Source of the DNA: Macrostomum hystrix
Lineage: Eukaryota; Animalia; Platyhelminthes
DNA length: 64,000 nucleotides
Assembly (NCBI GenBank): GCA_950097015.1
Contig: CATNEN010000025.1
Location: 7,936,001 to 8,000,000, forward strand
Direction of reading: 5' to 3'
A program made the translations under genes and the position numbers. The notes beneath the pieces are model-generated. The model made no database searches. It worked only from the letters and a program-made list of their open reading frames with translations, and had not been told where the DNA came from. Of this stretch, positions 50,136 to 63,030 are shown piece by piece (positions within the stretch are counted from its first letter, which is position 1; every line of letters starts with the position of its first letter).

Positions 50136-50292
50136 ATAGATACCTAACGAAAAAAAATGTCAGGAAAAATGTTGGAAATCTCTTGCCAATCCAAAACTCG
50201 TTGGCAATTGTGTCAATGAATGAAAGCATGATCAAACTCACAAAGGGGATCAGTTTTCTTCCCAAGGCCTGGCATGGGGCTGGGACAGAGTC

Positions 50293-50380
50293 GCATGCGC
50301 ATGCAGTGCGTGACCAGAGGTAAGCCCAGAATAGGGAATGCAGGTAGGAAGCCAAAATGAGTTGGGAAGTGGGCGGGCGC
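50293..50380. promoter_or_regulatory. Housekeeping-promoter-like motif cluster (NRF1-like GCATGCGCATGC, ETS-like GGAAGT, GC box)
   Basis: Motifs at 50293-50304, 50365-50370 and 50371-50380. Confidence 0.35.
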
Positions 50381-52039
50381 AAGAACAAAAGCCCGGCTCA
50401 TATGAAAAGCGGAAGAAGATGAATTTTGTGCGAAAGAGAAACGCGCAGAAATCTTTGCTTAGCATTTGTTTGCCTGCGCCAGACTGACAAAAGAGACTGT
50501 TAGGTTGGAGGATGCGAGAAAGAAGAGAAAGGCAAACGGTCAAGGCCTCACGGGGGGGTAGACCGGGTCATTGCCTCGAGTCCTGAGCTGTGTTAAGCTA
50601 GAAGAGCTTCTTCTTACATAAGTCTGATTGGGAGCCCTCAATTCTAGTCGGGAATAATCTGTCCTTATCTGATTGTTGGCAAGCTTCATTTTTCCTAGAA
50701 TGTCTCTCAAGGTTAGGTAAGTTACTGCAAAAGGTATTCATTTATATAGGATTGATGGAGGAAGGTGAAGATGGGAGAAAGGGAGAGAAGGATAGGATTG
50801 GAAGGAGAAGAATCAGGAAATTTTCGCAAAATAAAAGAAGTGTAAAAAAACTGCTAACCAATTAGAAAAAAAATGAATAAGAGATTCGAATCAAAATGTA
50901 AATCACAAGAGGTGCGAAACCTTACAACCTAATTAATTAAAGTTTCAAACGAAAGCTTGGCATCTCCCACCGAGAGCAGGCGAGGCGAGAATGTGATTCC
51001 GCTTGCCAACAATCGACTGACAGTCAGACAGACGGACGGACAGACCCGCCCCTGCACAGCGGGACACCCGGCCATTGACGGCTAATTAAACACACGACTA
51101 AGATTCAAGCATAATAACTAAAAGCAGAAGAGAGTGAACGACAGAAAGAGAAAACTGTCTTCATTCATTTTTTTCAATTTGACGAAGCGTCAAAAAACTT
51201 TTGGCAGGTGAGCTGCAGACACCTTTTCTAAAGCGCAGTTTTTGTCAGTCTGAAATTCAGAATAGTCGGCGCGAGCCTCTGTTGAAGCACTTCAAAGGGC
51301 CACCGGTGCCGCCGACAAATGCGGGAGGCTAACTAAAAAATGAAGTAATTCAGAAGAAATGCGGAACGCCGCCCAATGCCGGGCATAGGGAAAGTGAGGC
51401 TTCCATTGGAGGCGGACCCTCTTGACTGCAGCTGCCGCACACCAGTGGCTGGGCAATGAATGCTTCCCTGGGGCGGATAGTTGAGTGAGTGAGTAGAGGA
51501 GACAAACACAATTGAAAGCGCTTCACTCGCCAAGCGTGACACTTCAGTGACAGATAGGCTGCCAGACATGGAGGTTGCGGTGGTAGTTCAGGAACTCCCG
51601 CGCTGTCACAATGGGGCGGCGGCGGCGCTTTCACCGCTGCAAGCTCTTTTATCCATTGTTTTCTGACTATGCGCTCACTGGCACTCCTATTCAGTTCTCA
51701 CAACTCCAGACCCAGGAGGCCAGCTCAACAACTGCCCGCCCAGCCCCGCCCCCGGTTGCCTAAAAAAGGGAATTTTGTCACCCACCCCCAACTCTAGTCT
51801 GGCAACGAATTTTTCTGTCACCAGATACTGCCGGGTACAAAGCTTACCATTTTTTTTCTCAGTTAGTAATCCGCCATTTTTTACTTAAAAAACTTTTTAC
51901 GCAGCAGATTTTCCGAAAAAAGCTAGAATCTAGAGCTTAACCACTTTCTCTGAAATATTATGAACGAATCTGAAACGCTTAGTCCAAGCGTTTCAACTCA
52001 TAACGCAACTGTCTCACTCTCTGTCCCCGCTACATCTAC

Positions 52040-52385
52040 CTCACTCCTTGCCCCGCTACACCCACCTCACTCCTTGCCCCGCTACACCCACCTCACTCCT
52101 TGCCCCGCTACACCCACCTCACTCCTTGCCCCGCTACACCCACCTCACTCCTTGCCCCGCTACACCCACCTCACTCCTTGCCCCGCTACACCCACCTCAC
52201 TCCTTGCCCCGCTACACCCACCTCACTCCTTGCCCCGCTACACCCACCTCACTCCTTGCCCCGCTACACCCACCTCACTCCTTGCCCCGCTACACCCACC
52301 TCACTCCTTGCCCCGCTACACCCACCTCACTCCTTGCCCCGCTACACCCACCTCACTCCTTGCCCCGCTACACCCACCTCACTGG
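52040..52385. repeat. 26-nt minisatellite (CCCACCTCACTCCTTGCCCCGCTACA)
   Basis: Near-perfect periodicity. Confidence 0.95.
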
Positions 52386-53206
52386 CTGCCACATTTCCCC
52401 TCATTTGAATTTGCAACTATTCGATTCCAATTTAACTTTATAAAGGTAAAATATAAAAATAACTGAAACTTTATAAATCAGAATTGTCATTGTCATTTTT
52501 TATTAAAAAAAATATATTTTTACGTCAAATTCGGACAGAGTATTAGCGGTCGCTGTTTGGTAGAGAGATAGCAAAATACGGCTACATAAATATAAATAAA
52601 AAGATAGTAAAGCTACGAGTTAATAAACTGGAATAAAAGGTGAGAGTAGAGCGAATTTTACAATTTAGAAACAGTGGCCACAAAGTAAAAAAAGTACCGC
52701 CCATAATTAAGCGACATTAGAGAAAGGGAAGCGTTAAATATACCTTAAATAAAGAGACTATTGACGCTAGCCAATAGTCAGTCAGCCACGAGAGCAAATT
52801 TGCTAGAAAGCTTATAATAACCAAGGGTATTATACAAGCTTGTAATATGGGGACATTGTGCAAAGGCGATTAAATCCGAAAATAGAGCGGGAAGGAAGAA
52901 GGACGAAAAGGAAAAACGGGATTATTTATAAATGCTACAGAACAGCGAGCTCCTACATGCTTCCTCATTTTCTTCTAGGGATAAAAATGTTCAGCAAAGG
53001 AAGGCGAAATGAGAGAAAACTCAACCAATACCGTTGGTTGCGTCCAAACCAAAAGAAGATTGCTATGAATAGACAGGTGCAGAAAAAAACTGACAATAGA
53101 TTGTTAACAACTCACAAAGGACTGAAAAACTTCATGGGGATTAAAGAGAACTGAAAAAATAAGTAAAAACAGAGCAACAATGCGAACTTTATAAAATTAT
53201 TATTGA

Positions 53207-55032
53207 TATCTTTGACGTGAGAAACTCAATCTTGAGAATCTTTGACGTGAGAAACTCAATCTTGAGAATCTTTGACGTGAGAAACTCAATCTTGGGGATC
53301 TTTGACGAGAGAAACTCAATCTTGGGGATCTTTGACGTGAGAAACTCAATCTTGAGAATCTTTGACGTGAGAAACTCAATCTTGAGAATCTTTGACGTGA
53401 GAAACTCAATCTTGGGGATCTTTGACGTGAGAAACTCAATCTTGAGAATCTTTGACGTGAGAAACTCAATCTTGGGGATCTTTGACGTGAGAAACTCAAT
53501 CTTGGGGATCTTTGACGTGAGAAACTCAATCTTAAGAATCTTTGACGTGAGAAACTCAATCTTGAGAATCTTTGACGTGAGAAACTCAATCTTGGGGATC
53601 TTTGACGTGAGAAACTCAATCTTGGGGATCTTTGACGTGAGAAACTCAATCTTGGGAATCGTTGACGTGAGAAACTCAATCTTGGGGATCTTTGACGTGA
53701 GAAACTCAATCTTGGGAATCGTTGACGTGAGAAACTCAATCTTGGGGATCTTTGACGTGAGAAACTCAATCTTGAGAATCTTTGACGTGAGAAACTCAAT
53801 CTTGGAGATCTTTGACGTGAGAAACTCAATCTTGGGGTTCTTTGACGTGATAAACTCAATCTTGGGAATCTTTGACGTGAGAAACTCAATCTTGGGGATC
53901 TTTGACGTGAGAAACTCAATCTTGGGGATCTTTGACGTGAGAAACTCAATCTTGAGAATCTTTGACGTGAGAAACTCAATCTTGGGAATCTTTGACGTGA
54001 GAAACTCAATCTTGGAGATCTTTGACGTGAGAAACTCAATCTTGGGAATCTTTGACGTGAGAAACTCAATCTTGGGAATCTTTGACGTGAGAAACTCAAT
54101 CTTGGGGATCTTTGACGTGAGAAACTCAATCTTGAGAATCTTTGACGTGAGAAACTCAATCTTGGAGATCTTTGACGTGAGAAACTCAATCTTGGGGTTC
54201 TTTGACGTGAGAAACTCAATCTTGGGAATCTTTGACGTGAGAAACTCAATCTTGGGAATCGTTGACGTGAGAAACTCAATCTTGGGGATCTTTGACGTGA
54301 GAAACTCAATCTTGGGAATCGTTGACGTGAGAAACTCAATCTTGGGGATCTTTGACGTGAGAAACTCAATCTTGAGAATCTTTGACGTGAGAAACTCAAT
54401 CTTGGAGATCTTTGACGTGAGAAACTCAATCTTGGGGATCTTTGACGTGAGAAACTCAATCTTGGGAATCGTTGACGTGAGAAACTCAATCTTGGGGATC
54501 TTTGACGTGAGAAACTCAATCTTGAGAATCGTTGACGTGAGAAACTCAATCTTGGGGATCTTTGACGTGAGAAACTCAATCTTGGGGATCTTTGACGTGA
54601 GAAACTCAATCTTGAGAATCGTTGACGTGAGAAACTCAATCTTGGGAATCGTTGACGTGAGAAACTCAATCTTGAGAATCGTTGACGTGAGAAACTCAAT
54701 CTTGGGGATCTTTGACGTGAGAAACTCAATCTTGGGGATCTTTGACGTGAGAAACTCAATCTTGAGAATCGTTGACGTGAGAAACTCAATCTTGGGGATC
54801 TTTGACGTGAGAAACTCAATCTTGGGGATCTTTGACGTGAGAAACTCAATCTTGAGAATCGTTGACGTGAGAAACTCAATCTTGGGAATCGTTGACGTGA
54901 GAAACTCAATCTTGAGAATCGTTGACGTGAGAAACTCAATCTTGGGGATCTTTGACGTGAGAAACTCAATCTTGGGGATCTTTGACGTGAGAAACTCAAT
55001 CTTAAGAATCTTTGACGTGAGAAACTCAATCG
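53207..55032. repeat. 30-nt minisatellite (TTTGACGTGAGAAACTCAATCTTGGGGATC), about 61 copies
   Basis: Exact 30-nt register throughout. Confidence 0.98.
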
Positions 55033-55420
55033 TGTAAAACGTAATGTTCTAATTACGTAGACCTCATAACATTGGCAAATGTCTGTCATTACACAAAGAA
55101 AAAACTAAGAAGCAATTTTGAACTAATTAAAAAATGGCGCGCTATGGAAATTTATCCCTCTAGAAGTAAATAAATTTAAAGACAAACCATTTAAAAAATA
55201 TTTCGCATTTAGTCGCATGCTTCTTACAAGTAGTAATTATTGATGACAGCACCAAAAATGACCAGCCTAACAGGTAAGACTTACTAACTAACAAGTTGAA
55301 AACCGAATTTTTCTATTAAAAATGACGTCAGCTTATAAACAATTGTGACACTTTTGAAAGGAAAAAACTTAACACAAAAACTGCCAAACAAAAAGCAGTC
55401 AGTCAGTGTCCAAATCGCCC

Positions 55421-56645
55421 TTAGGACACCCAAGTAGCCTTTAGGACACCCTAGTAGCATTTAGGACACCCCAGTAGCCTTTAGGACACCCTAGCAGCCT
55501 TTAGGACACCCCAGTAGCCTTTAGGACACCCTAGTAGCCTTTAGGACACCCCAGTAGCCTTTAGGACACCCTAGTAGCCTTTAGGACACCCTAGTAGCCT
55601 TTAGGACACCCTAATAGCCTTTAGGACACCCTAGTAGCATTTAGGACACCCTAATAGCCTTTAGGACACCCTAGTAGCCTTTAGGACACCCTAGTAGCCT
55701 TTAGGACACCCTAGTAGCCTTTAGGACACCCTAGTAGCCTTTAGGGCACCCTAGTAGCCTTTAGGACACCCTAGTAGCCTTTAGGACACCCTAGTAGCAT
55801 TTAGGGCACCCACTCACTGGAAGACACGGCCCAGTCACCGATAAGACACGGCCCAGTCACCGATAAGACATGGCCCAGTCACCGATAAGACACCACAGTC
55901 ACCTGTAAGACACCACAGTCACCTTTAAGACACCCAGTCACCGATAAGACACCAGTCACCTACCTTTTAAACACCCCAGTCACCGATAAGACACCTCAGT
56001 CACCTTTAAGACACCCAGTCACCGATAAGACACCAGTCACCTACCTTTTAAACACCCCAGTCACCGATAAGACACCTCAGTCACCTTTAAGACACCCAGT
56101 CACCGATAAGACACCAGACACCTACCTTTTAAACACCCCAGTCACCGATAAGACACCTCAGTCACCTTTAAGACACCCAGTCACCGATAAGACACCTCAG
56201 TCACCTTTAAGACACCCAGTCACCGATAAGACACCTCAGTCACCTTTAAGACACCCAGTCACCGATAAGACACCTCAGTCACCTTTAAGACACCCAGTCA
56301 CCGATAAGACACCTCAGTCACCTTTAAAACACCACAGTCACCTGTAAGACACCACAGTCACCTTTAAGACACCCAGTCACCGATAAGACACCAGTCACCT
56401 ACCTTTTAAACACCCCAGTCACCGATAAGACACCTCAGTCACCTTTTAGACACCCCAGTCACCGATAAGACACCTCAGTCACCTTTAAGACACCCAGTCA
56501 CCGATAAGACACCTCAGTCACCTTTAAGACACTCAGTCACCGATAAGACACCAGTCACCTACCTTTAAGACACCCAGTCACCGATAAGACACCAGTCACC
56601 GATAAGACACCAGTCACCTACCTTTAAGACACCCCAGTCACCTTT
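55421..56645. repeat. Two abutting GACACC-core arrays: 21-nt TTTAGGACACCCTAGTAGCCT (to about 55812), then CAGTCACC/GATAAGACACC composite
   Basis: Direct reading. Confidence 0.92.
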
Positions 56646-57275
56646 GACAAACCGATTAAACTCTAAAGAGACCCAGCCACATTGAGTACACCCGGGTCAC
56701 CTTTAGGACACCCAGTTAACTTCAAGACACTTAAGCCACGTATAGGACACCCCAAATCTCTCAGGGCAGTATTATACCCGATCGCTTTTTTTAAAGCAGT
56801 GTAGTATAGAAAGGGAAAACTAAAAAACAATAAGCTACGAGTATAACAATGAGAAAGATTCAACAGCGTAAATTGTCTAAAACCTGAATTCAAAGTTATT
56901 TTAACAAAAACATTTTGTTCTCACACTGGGATGGAGTAGACATGAAAAACATAGCGGCGGCTACTTAAAACAAAAAAAACGGAGAGATAAGTTTAGAAAT
57001 AAAACGCAACATACACTACTTAGTTAGTAGCATTAAATATCCAAGGCATAAATTCAGGAACGGCATGGGAAAAGGAGATTTTAGCTCGTAATTCGAGTTT
57101 AAATATAGATTTGAAAAAAGCAACAGAAAACTGAAAATATTTCGCAACAGCGGTCAGTGAGTAGGGCAGCAGTAGTATGTGAAGCGTCAAAAGTCACGTG
57201 ATTCTTAGATGCTGTTCAATGATTTCTTAGATCTATAGAAATGTGAGAAATATAGGTGGGGTAGATTTGATAAGT

Positions 57276-57503
57276 TCACGATGAATCTTCGTGATGCCCC
57301 GTGGCGCCATTTTCTAGGCTAGTTGATGAAACAGCGAACCGGCCAACATTTTTAGTCACAACTGGGGCCGCAGGCGCGGCTGTGGCTACTGATGCGCCAC
57401 CATTAGTAGTATTATTATTGCCTGACGATGGAACAGACGAGGAGGCACTAGAGGATGCTGTTACAAAAGTTGATGCTGACACATTCGATGATGGCTGTGT
57501 TAC
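57276..57503 (-). CDS. WNK-like kinase exon carrying an RFxV motif (VGRFAVSS); possibly terminal
   Basis: Acceptor TTTTCGATCAG| at 57503 in frame; Ser/Thr-rich; GRFAV matches the SPAK/OSR1-binding RFxV motif. Confidence 0.55.
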   Translation of the reverse strand, partial: VTQPSSNVSASTFVTASSSASSSVPSSGNNNTTNGGASVATAAPAAPVVTKNVGRFAVSSTSLENGATGHHEDSS

Positions 57504-57597
57504 CTGATCGAAAACTGCCAGGTTGGAGTCAAATTGGGAGCTCATTTATATCCTATAACTGTCAACACTCAAAAAGAGGGATTAGCGAGTAAGAGGT

Positions 57598-59742
57598 AGA
57601 GATTGATGCGGATAGAGAAGTAGAGATTGATGCGGATAGAGAAGTAGAGATTGATGCGGAGAGAAGTAGAGATTGATGGGGATAGAGAAGTAGAGATTGA
57701 TGCGGAGAGAAGTAGAGATTGATGGGGATAGAGAAGTAGAGATTGATGCGGATTGAAAAGTAGAGATCGATGCGGATTGAGAAGTAGAGATTGATGTGGA
57801 TAGAGAAGTAGAGATTGATGTGGATTGAGAAGTAGAGATTGATGCGGAGAGAAGTAGAGATTGATGGGGATTGAGAAGTAGAGATTGATGCGGATAGAGA
57901 AGTAGAGATTGATGGGGATCGAGAAGTAAAGATTGATGCGGAGAGAAGTAGAGATTGATGGGGATAGAGAAGTAGAGATTGATGGGGATAGAGAAGTAGA
58001 GATTGATGCGGATAGAGAAGTAGAGATTGATGGGGATCGAGAAGTAGAGATTGATGCGGAGAGAAGTAGAGATTGATGCGGATTGAGAAGTAGAGATTGA
58101 TGCGGATTGAGAAGTAGAGATTGATGCGGATTGAGAAGTAGAGATTGATGTGGATTGAGAAGTAGAGATTGTTGCGGATTGAGAAGTAGAGATTGTTGCG
58201 GATTGAGAAGTAGAGATTGTTGCGGATTGAGAAGTAGAGATTGTTGCGGATTGAGAAGTAGAGATTGTTGTGGATTGAGAAGTAGAGATTGATGCGGATT
58301 GAGAAGTAGAGATTGATGCGGATTGAGAAGTAGAGATTGTTGCGGATTGAGAAGTAGAGATTGATGCGGATTGAGAAGTAGAGATTGATGCGGATTGAGA
58401 AGTAGAGATTGATGTGGATTGAGAAGTAGAGATTGTTTCGGATTGAGAAGTAGAGATTGATGTGGATTGAGAAGTAGAGATTGTTGTGGATTGAGAAGTA
58501 GAGATTGATGCGGATTGAGAAGTAGAGATTGATGCGGATTGAGAAGTAGAGATTGTTGCGGATTGAGAAGTAGAGATTGTTGCGGATTGAGAAGTAGAGA
58601 TTGATGTGGATTGAGAAGTAGAGATTGATGCGGATTGAGAAGTAGAGATTGATGCGGATTGAGAAGTAGAGATTGATGCGGATTGAGAAGTAGAGATTGT
58701 TGTGGATTGAGAAGTAGAGATTGTTGTGGATTGAGAAGTAGAGATTGATGTGGATTGAGAAGTAGAGATTGATGCGGATTGAGAAGTAGAGATTGTTGCG
58801 GATTGAGAAGTAGAGATTGTTGCGGATTGAGAAGTAGAGATTGATGTGGATTGAGAAGTAGAGATTGATGTGGATTGAGAAGTAGAGATTGTTGTGGATT
58901 GAGAAGTAGAGATTGTTGTGGATTGAGAAGTAGAGATTGATGCGGATTGAGAAGTAGAGATTGATGCGGATTGAGAAGTAGAGATTGTTGCGGATTGAGA
59001 AGTAGAGATTGTTGCGGATTGAGAAGTAGAGATTGTTGCGGATTGAGAAGTAGAGATTGATGCGGATTGAGAAGTAGAGATTTTTGCGGATTGAGAAGTA
59101 GAGATTGATGCGGATTGAGAAGTAGAGATTGTTGCGGATTGAGAAGTAGAGATTGTTGTGGATTGAGAAGTAGAGATTGATGCGGATTGAGAAGTAGAGA
59201 TTGTAGCGGATTGAGAAGTAGAGATTGATGGGATAGACAAGTAGAGATTGATGCGGATAGAGAAGTAGAGGTTGATGGAGATAGAGAAGTAGAGATTGAT
59301 GCGGATTGAGAAGTAGAGATTGATGGGGATAGAGAAGTAGAGATTGATGCGGATAGAGAAGTAGAGATTGATGGGGATCGAGAAGTAAAGATTGATGCGG
59401 AGAGAAGTAGAGATTGATGGGGATAGAGAAGTAGAGATTGATGCGGAGAGAAGTAGAGATTGATGGGGATAGAGAAGTAGAGATTGATGCGGATAGAGAA
59501 GTAGAGATTGATGGGGATCGAGAAGTAAAGATTGATGCGGAGAGAAGTAGAGATTGATGGGGATAGAGAAGTAGAGATTGATGCGGAGAGAAGTAGAGAT
59601 TGATGGGGATAGAGAAGTAGAGATTGATGCGGATAGAGAAGTAGAGATTGATGGGGATAGAGAAGTAGAGATTGATGCGGAGAGAAGTAGAGATTGATGC
59701 GGAGAGAAGTAGAGATTGATGCGGATTAAAAAGTAGAGATCG
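57598..59742. repeat. 24-nt minisatellite (GATGCGGATTGAGAAGTAGAGATT) with 22/24-nt variant zones at both ends
   Basis: Direct periodicity. Confidence 0.97.
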
Positions 59743-59768
59743 ATGAGGATCACAGGAGCAGTACGAAC

Positions 59769-60237
59769 CCGTAGGACTGGAAGGCGGCGTGTGGCACTTT
59801 TCATAGTCTGGCAGCCGGCCAACTTTTCCAGTCGGCACGGCGGAACTGCTATCGACAGAGTCGACGTTGCAGGCTGCGGCGGTGGCGGCAGTCTGCAGCA
59901 TGTTGAGAATCTCGGCCAGGGTGGCATCTGGCCCGGGTCGACAACTGGCGGTGAGAACCCGCCTGGGGTCGCCACCGCACGGGCAGAGCAGGACGCACTT
60001 GCCAGCCGACAGGTCGGGCAGAGGCAGCCGAAACGGCCGCTCGCCGTTTCTGCCAGGCGGGAACAACAGTTCGGCGGTGCCCAATTTGGCAACCTCGGCG
60101 TCGTCGGCCGCCGAGTCCGCGTCGGCCTCGGAGGCGGCGGCTGGGTCCTCAGCGGTCGGACGCTTGCCCCGACGGCCTAAGCTGTTGTGCGGCGTTGGCG
60201 GCGGCGCCGCCACCAGAGCCTGCATTGGCGACTTCGG
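59769..60237 (-). CDS. WNK-like kinase exon with a divergent CCT-like-2 region; boundaries uncertain
   Basis: [35 protein letters not shown] aligns by eye to WNK RPKLRIL..VECQL..RKMVT..D.PEEIATIM; phase-0 acceptor at 60237; donor not resolved. Confidence 0.5.
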
Positions 60238-60337
60238 CTGCAATGGCGAGGGTTCCCATTGGCGTCACTGCGAGTATTATTTTGCCGTTAATAAATTTGG
60301 CAAATGTTTGATTATCGGGCATTTATAATTAGCCATA

Positions 60338-61605
60338 TTCAGTTTAGCCAGTTCATTACAGCCAGTTCATTACAGCCAGTTCATTACAGCCAGTTCATTA
60401 CAGCCAGTTCATTACAGCCAGTTCATTACAGCCAGTTCATTACAGCCAGTTCATTACAGCCAGTTCATTACAGCCAGTTCATTACAGCTAGTTCATTACA
60501 GCCAGTTCATTACAGCCAGTTCATTACAGCTAGTTCATTACAGCCAGTTCATTACAGCCAGTTCATTACAGCCAGTTCATTACAGCCAGTTCATTACAGC
60601 CAGTTCATTACAGCCAGTTCATTACAGCCAGTTCATTACAGCCAGTTCATTACAGCCAGTTCATTACAGCCAGTTCATTACAGCCAGTTCATTACAGCTA
60701 GTTCATTACAGCCAGTTCATTACAGCCAGTTCATTACAGCTAGTTCATTACAGCCAGTTCATTACAGCCAGTTCATTACAGCTAGTTCATTACAGCCAGT
60801 TCATTACAGCCAGTTCATTACAGCTAGTTCATTACAGCCAGTTCATTACAGCCAGTTCATTACAGCCAGTTCATTACAGCCAGTTCATTACAGCTAGTTC
60901 ATTACAGCCAGTTCATTACAGCCAGTTCATTACAGCTAGTTCATTACAGCCAGTTCATTACAGCCAGTTCATTACAGCCAGTTCATTACAGCCAGTTCAT
61001 TACAGCCAGTTCATTACAGCCAGTTCATTACAGCCAGTTCATTACAGCCAGTTCATTACAGCCAGTTCATTACAGCCAGTTCATTACAGCCAGTTCATTA
61101 CAGCTAGTTCATTACAGCCAGTTCATTACAGCCAGTTCATTACAGCTAGTTCATTACAGCCAGTTCATTACAGCCAGTTCATTACAGCTAGTTCATTACA
61201 GCCAGTTCATTACAGCCAGTTCATTACAGCTAGTTCATTACAGCCAGTTCATTACAGCCAGTTCATTACAGCCAGTTCATTACAGCCAGTTCATTACAGC
61301 TAGTTAATTACAGCCAGTTCATTACAGCCAGTTCATTACAGCCAGTTAATTACAGCCAGTTCATTACAGCCAGTTAATTACAGCTAGTTAATTACAGCCA
61401 GTTAATTACAGCCAGTTCATTACAGCCAGTTAATTACAGCTAGTTAATTACAGCTAGTTCATTAAGCCAGGTCATTACAGCTAGTTCATTACAGCTAGTT
61501 CATTACAGCCAGTTAGTTACAGCCTTTTTATTACAGCTAGTTGATTACAGCTAGTTTATTACAGCCAGTTCATTACAGCCAGTTCATTACAGCCAGTTCA
61601 TTACA
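60338..61605. repeat. 14-nt minisatellite (GTTCATTACAGCCA), about 90 copies
   Basis: Direct periodicity. Confidence 0.97.
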
Positions 61606-61687
61606 GCAAATCCTTTACATATGGATTACACATACATATGGAGAGATATAGATATGTTAAAATTATATAATTAACTGAGTCGCTCAC

Positions 61688-62530
61688 AGCCTGATCGATC
61701 TCGCTGAGAACCACGCCGCCGCCTCCGCCGCTGCCGTTAAGAACGGCGGCAGTGGCGGGGTCCACCACAATGTTCAGTGCCGTATTCGGCGAAGTCAGCG
61801 TCGTCAGCTGCGGTAGCTCCGCGCCGGCAATCGACGTTTGTATCGAAGACCCCATGGTTGCTATGGAAACAGGGAGATTACCGACATCCGAGACGCCGCT
61901 GGCGGCAGACAAGTCGGCAACAACGCCGCCAGACGTGGAGGCGACGTCGAAACTTGAAATCAGGGCTGCCGCAGCGCCGTCCAGCAGGTTCTGAACAATT
62001 TCAGCTGGTAGGTGAGGCTGCTGCAACGACGCCTCGGATGCCGACATCGCGGAAGACGATGACGGAGGATGCTGCGAATGACCCGACACCACCAGCGCCT
62101 GCGAGATTGACACGGACGGCGACTGAGACGCAGATGCCGACGAAGTAGCCACAGTTGTAGACGTAGCCGTTACAGTAGTCGAAGCTGTAACCATGGTTGC
62201 AGCAGTCACCGTAGCCGTCACCGTAGCCGTCACCGTAGCCGTCACCGCAGCCGTCTCCGTAGCTGTCTTCGTAGCCGTCTCCGTAGCCGGATCTGAAGCC
62301 CTAGCCGCGGCCGCTTCAGCCTCGTCGTGGGCTTTCTGCTGAGCGTCCAGCTCCTCCTCCCAGCGGCTGCTGTAGTCGTCGCGCTCTTTAATAACGCGCC
62401 GCTTCGCCTCGGCCCATCGGCGAGCCTGCAGGCCGAGGCGAACTATCGGCGAGACGTCGTTCTCCGACTCCGGCTCGGGATCGGATTCGCGCAGCTTCTC
62501 CATGACGTGATTCCAAACGCCGGCTAGCAC
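61688..62530 (-). CDS. WNK-like kinase exon (843 nt, phase 0-0): short coiled-coil, then Thr/Ala/Ser low-complexity region
   Basis: Acceptor CTCTTAG|GTG at 62530; donor GCT|GTGAGC at 61688; length divisible by 3; GC-rich coding style. Confidence 0.7.
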
Positions 62531-62549
62531 CTAAGAGTAGGTTTTACAC

Positions 62550-63030
62550 ATCATGGTATGTTCTGATTGGCTAGCATATATTTATGGTATGTTCTGATTG
62601 GCTAGTATATATTATGGTATGTTCTGATTGGCTCGTATAGATTATGGTATGTTCTGATTGGCTAGTATAGATTATGGTATGTTCTGATTGGCTCGTATAT
62701 ATTATGGTATGTTCTGATTGGCTAGTATAGATTATGGTATGTTCTGATTGGCTAGTATAGATTATGGTATGTTCTGATTGGCTCGTATAGATTACGGTAT
62801 GTTCTGATTGTCTAGTATATATTTATGGTATGTTCTGATTGGCTAGTATAGATTATGGTATGTTCTGATTGGCTAGTATAGATTATGGTATGTTCTGATT
62901 GGCTAGCATAGATTATGTAAAATACCGATCGGCAAGGTACTATATTCTCTGTTCTGATTGGCTAGTATAGATTATGGAACCTTTTGATTGGCTAGCATAG
63001 ATTATGGCATTTTCCGATTGGCTAGGTTAG
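62550..63030. repeat. 30-nt intronic minisatellite containing CTGATTGGCT (CCAAT on minus)
   Basis: Direct periodicity. Confidence 0.9.

Noticed and set aside
51333-51634. Possible extra exon in a GC-rich patch
   Set aside because: No recognisable motif, and splice phase does not match the neighbouring WNK-like exon; left unannotated
53200-55089. 600-aa ORFs on both strands, and a possible CRISPR array
   Set aside because: Contiguous 30-nt units with no unique spacers, no cas genes and a eukaryotic context
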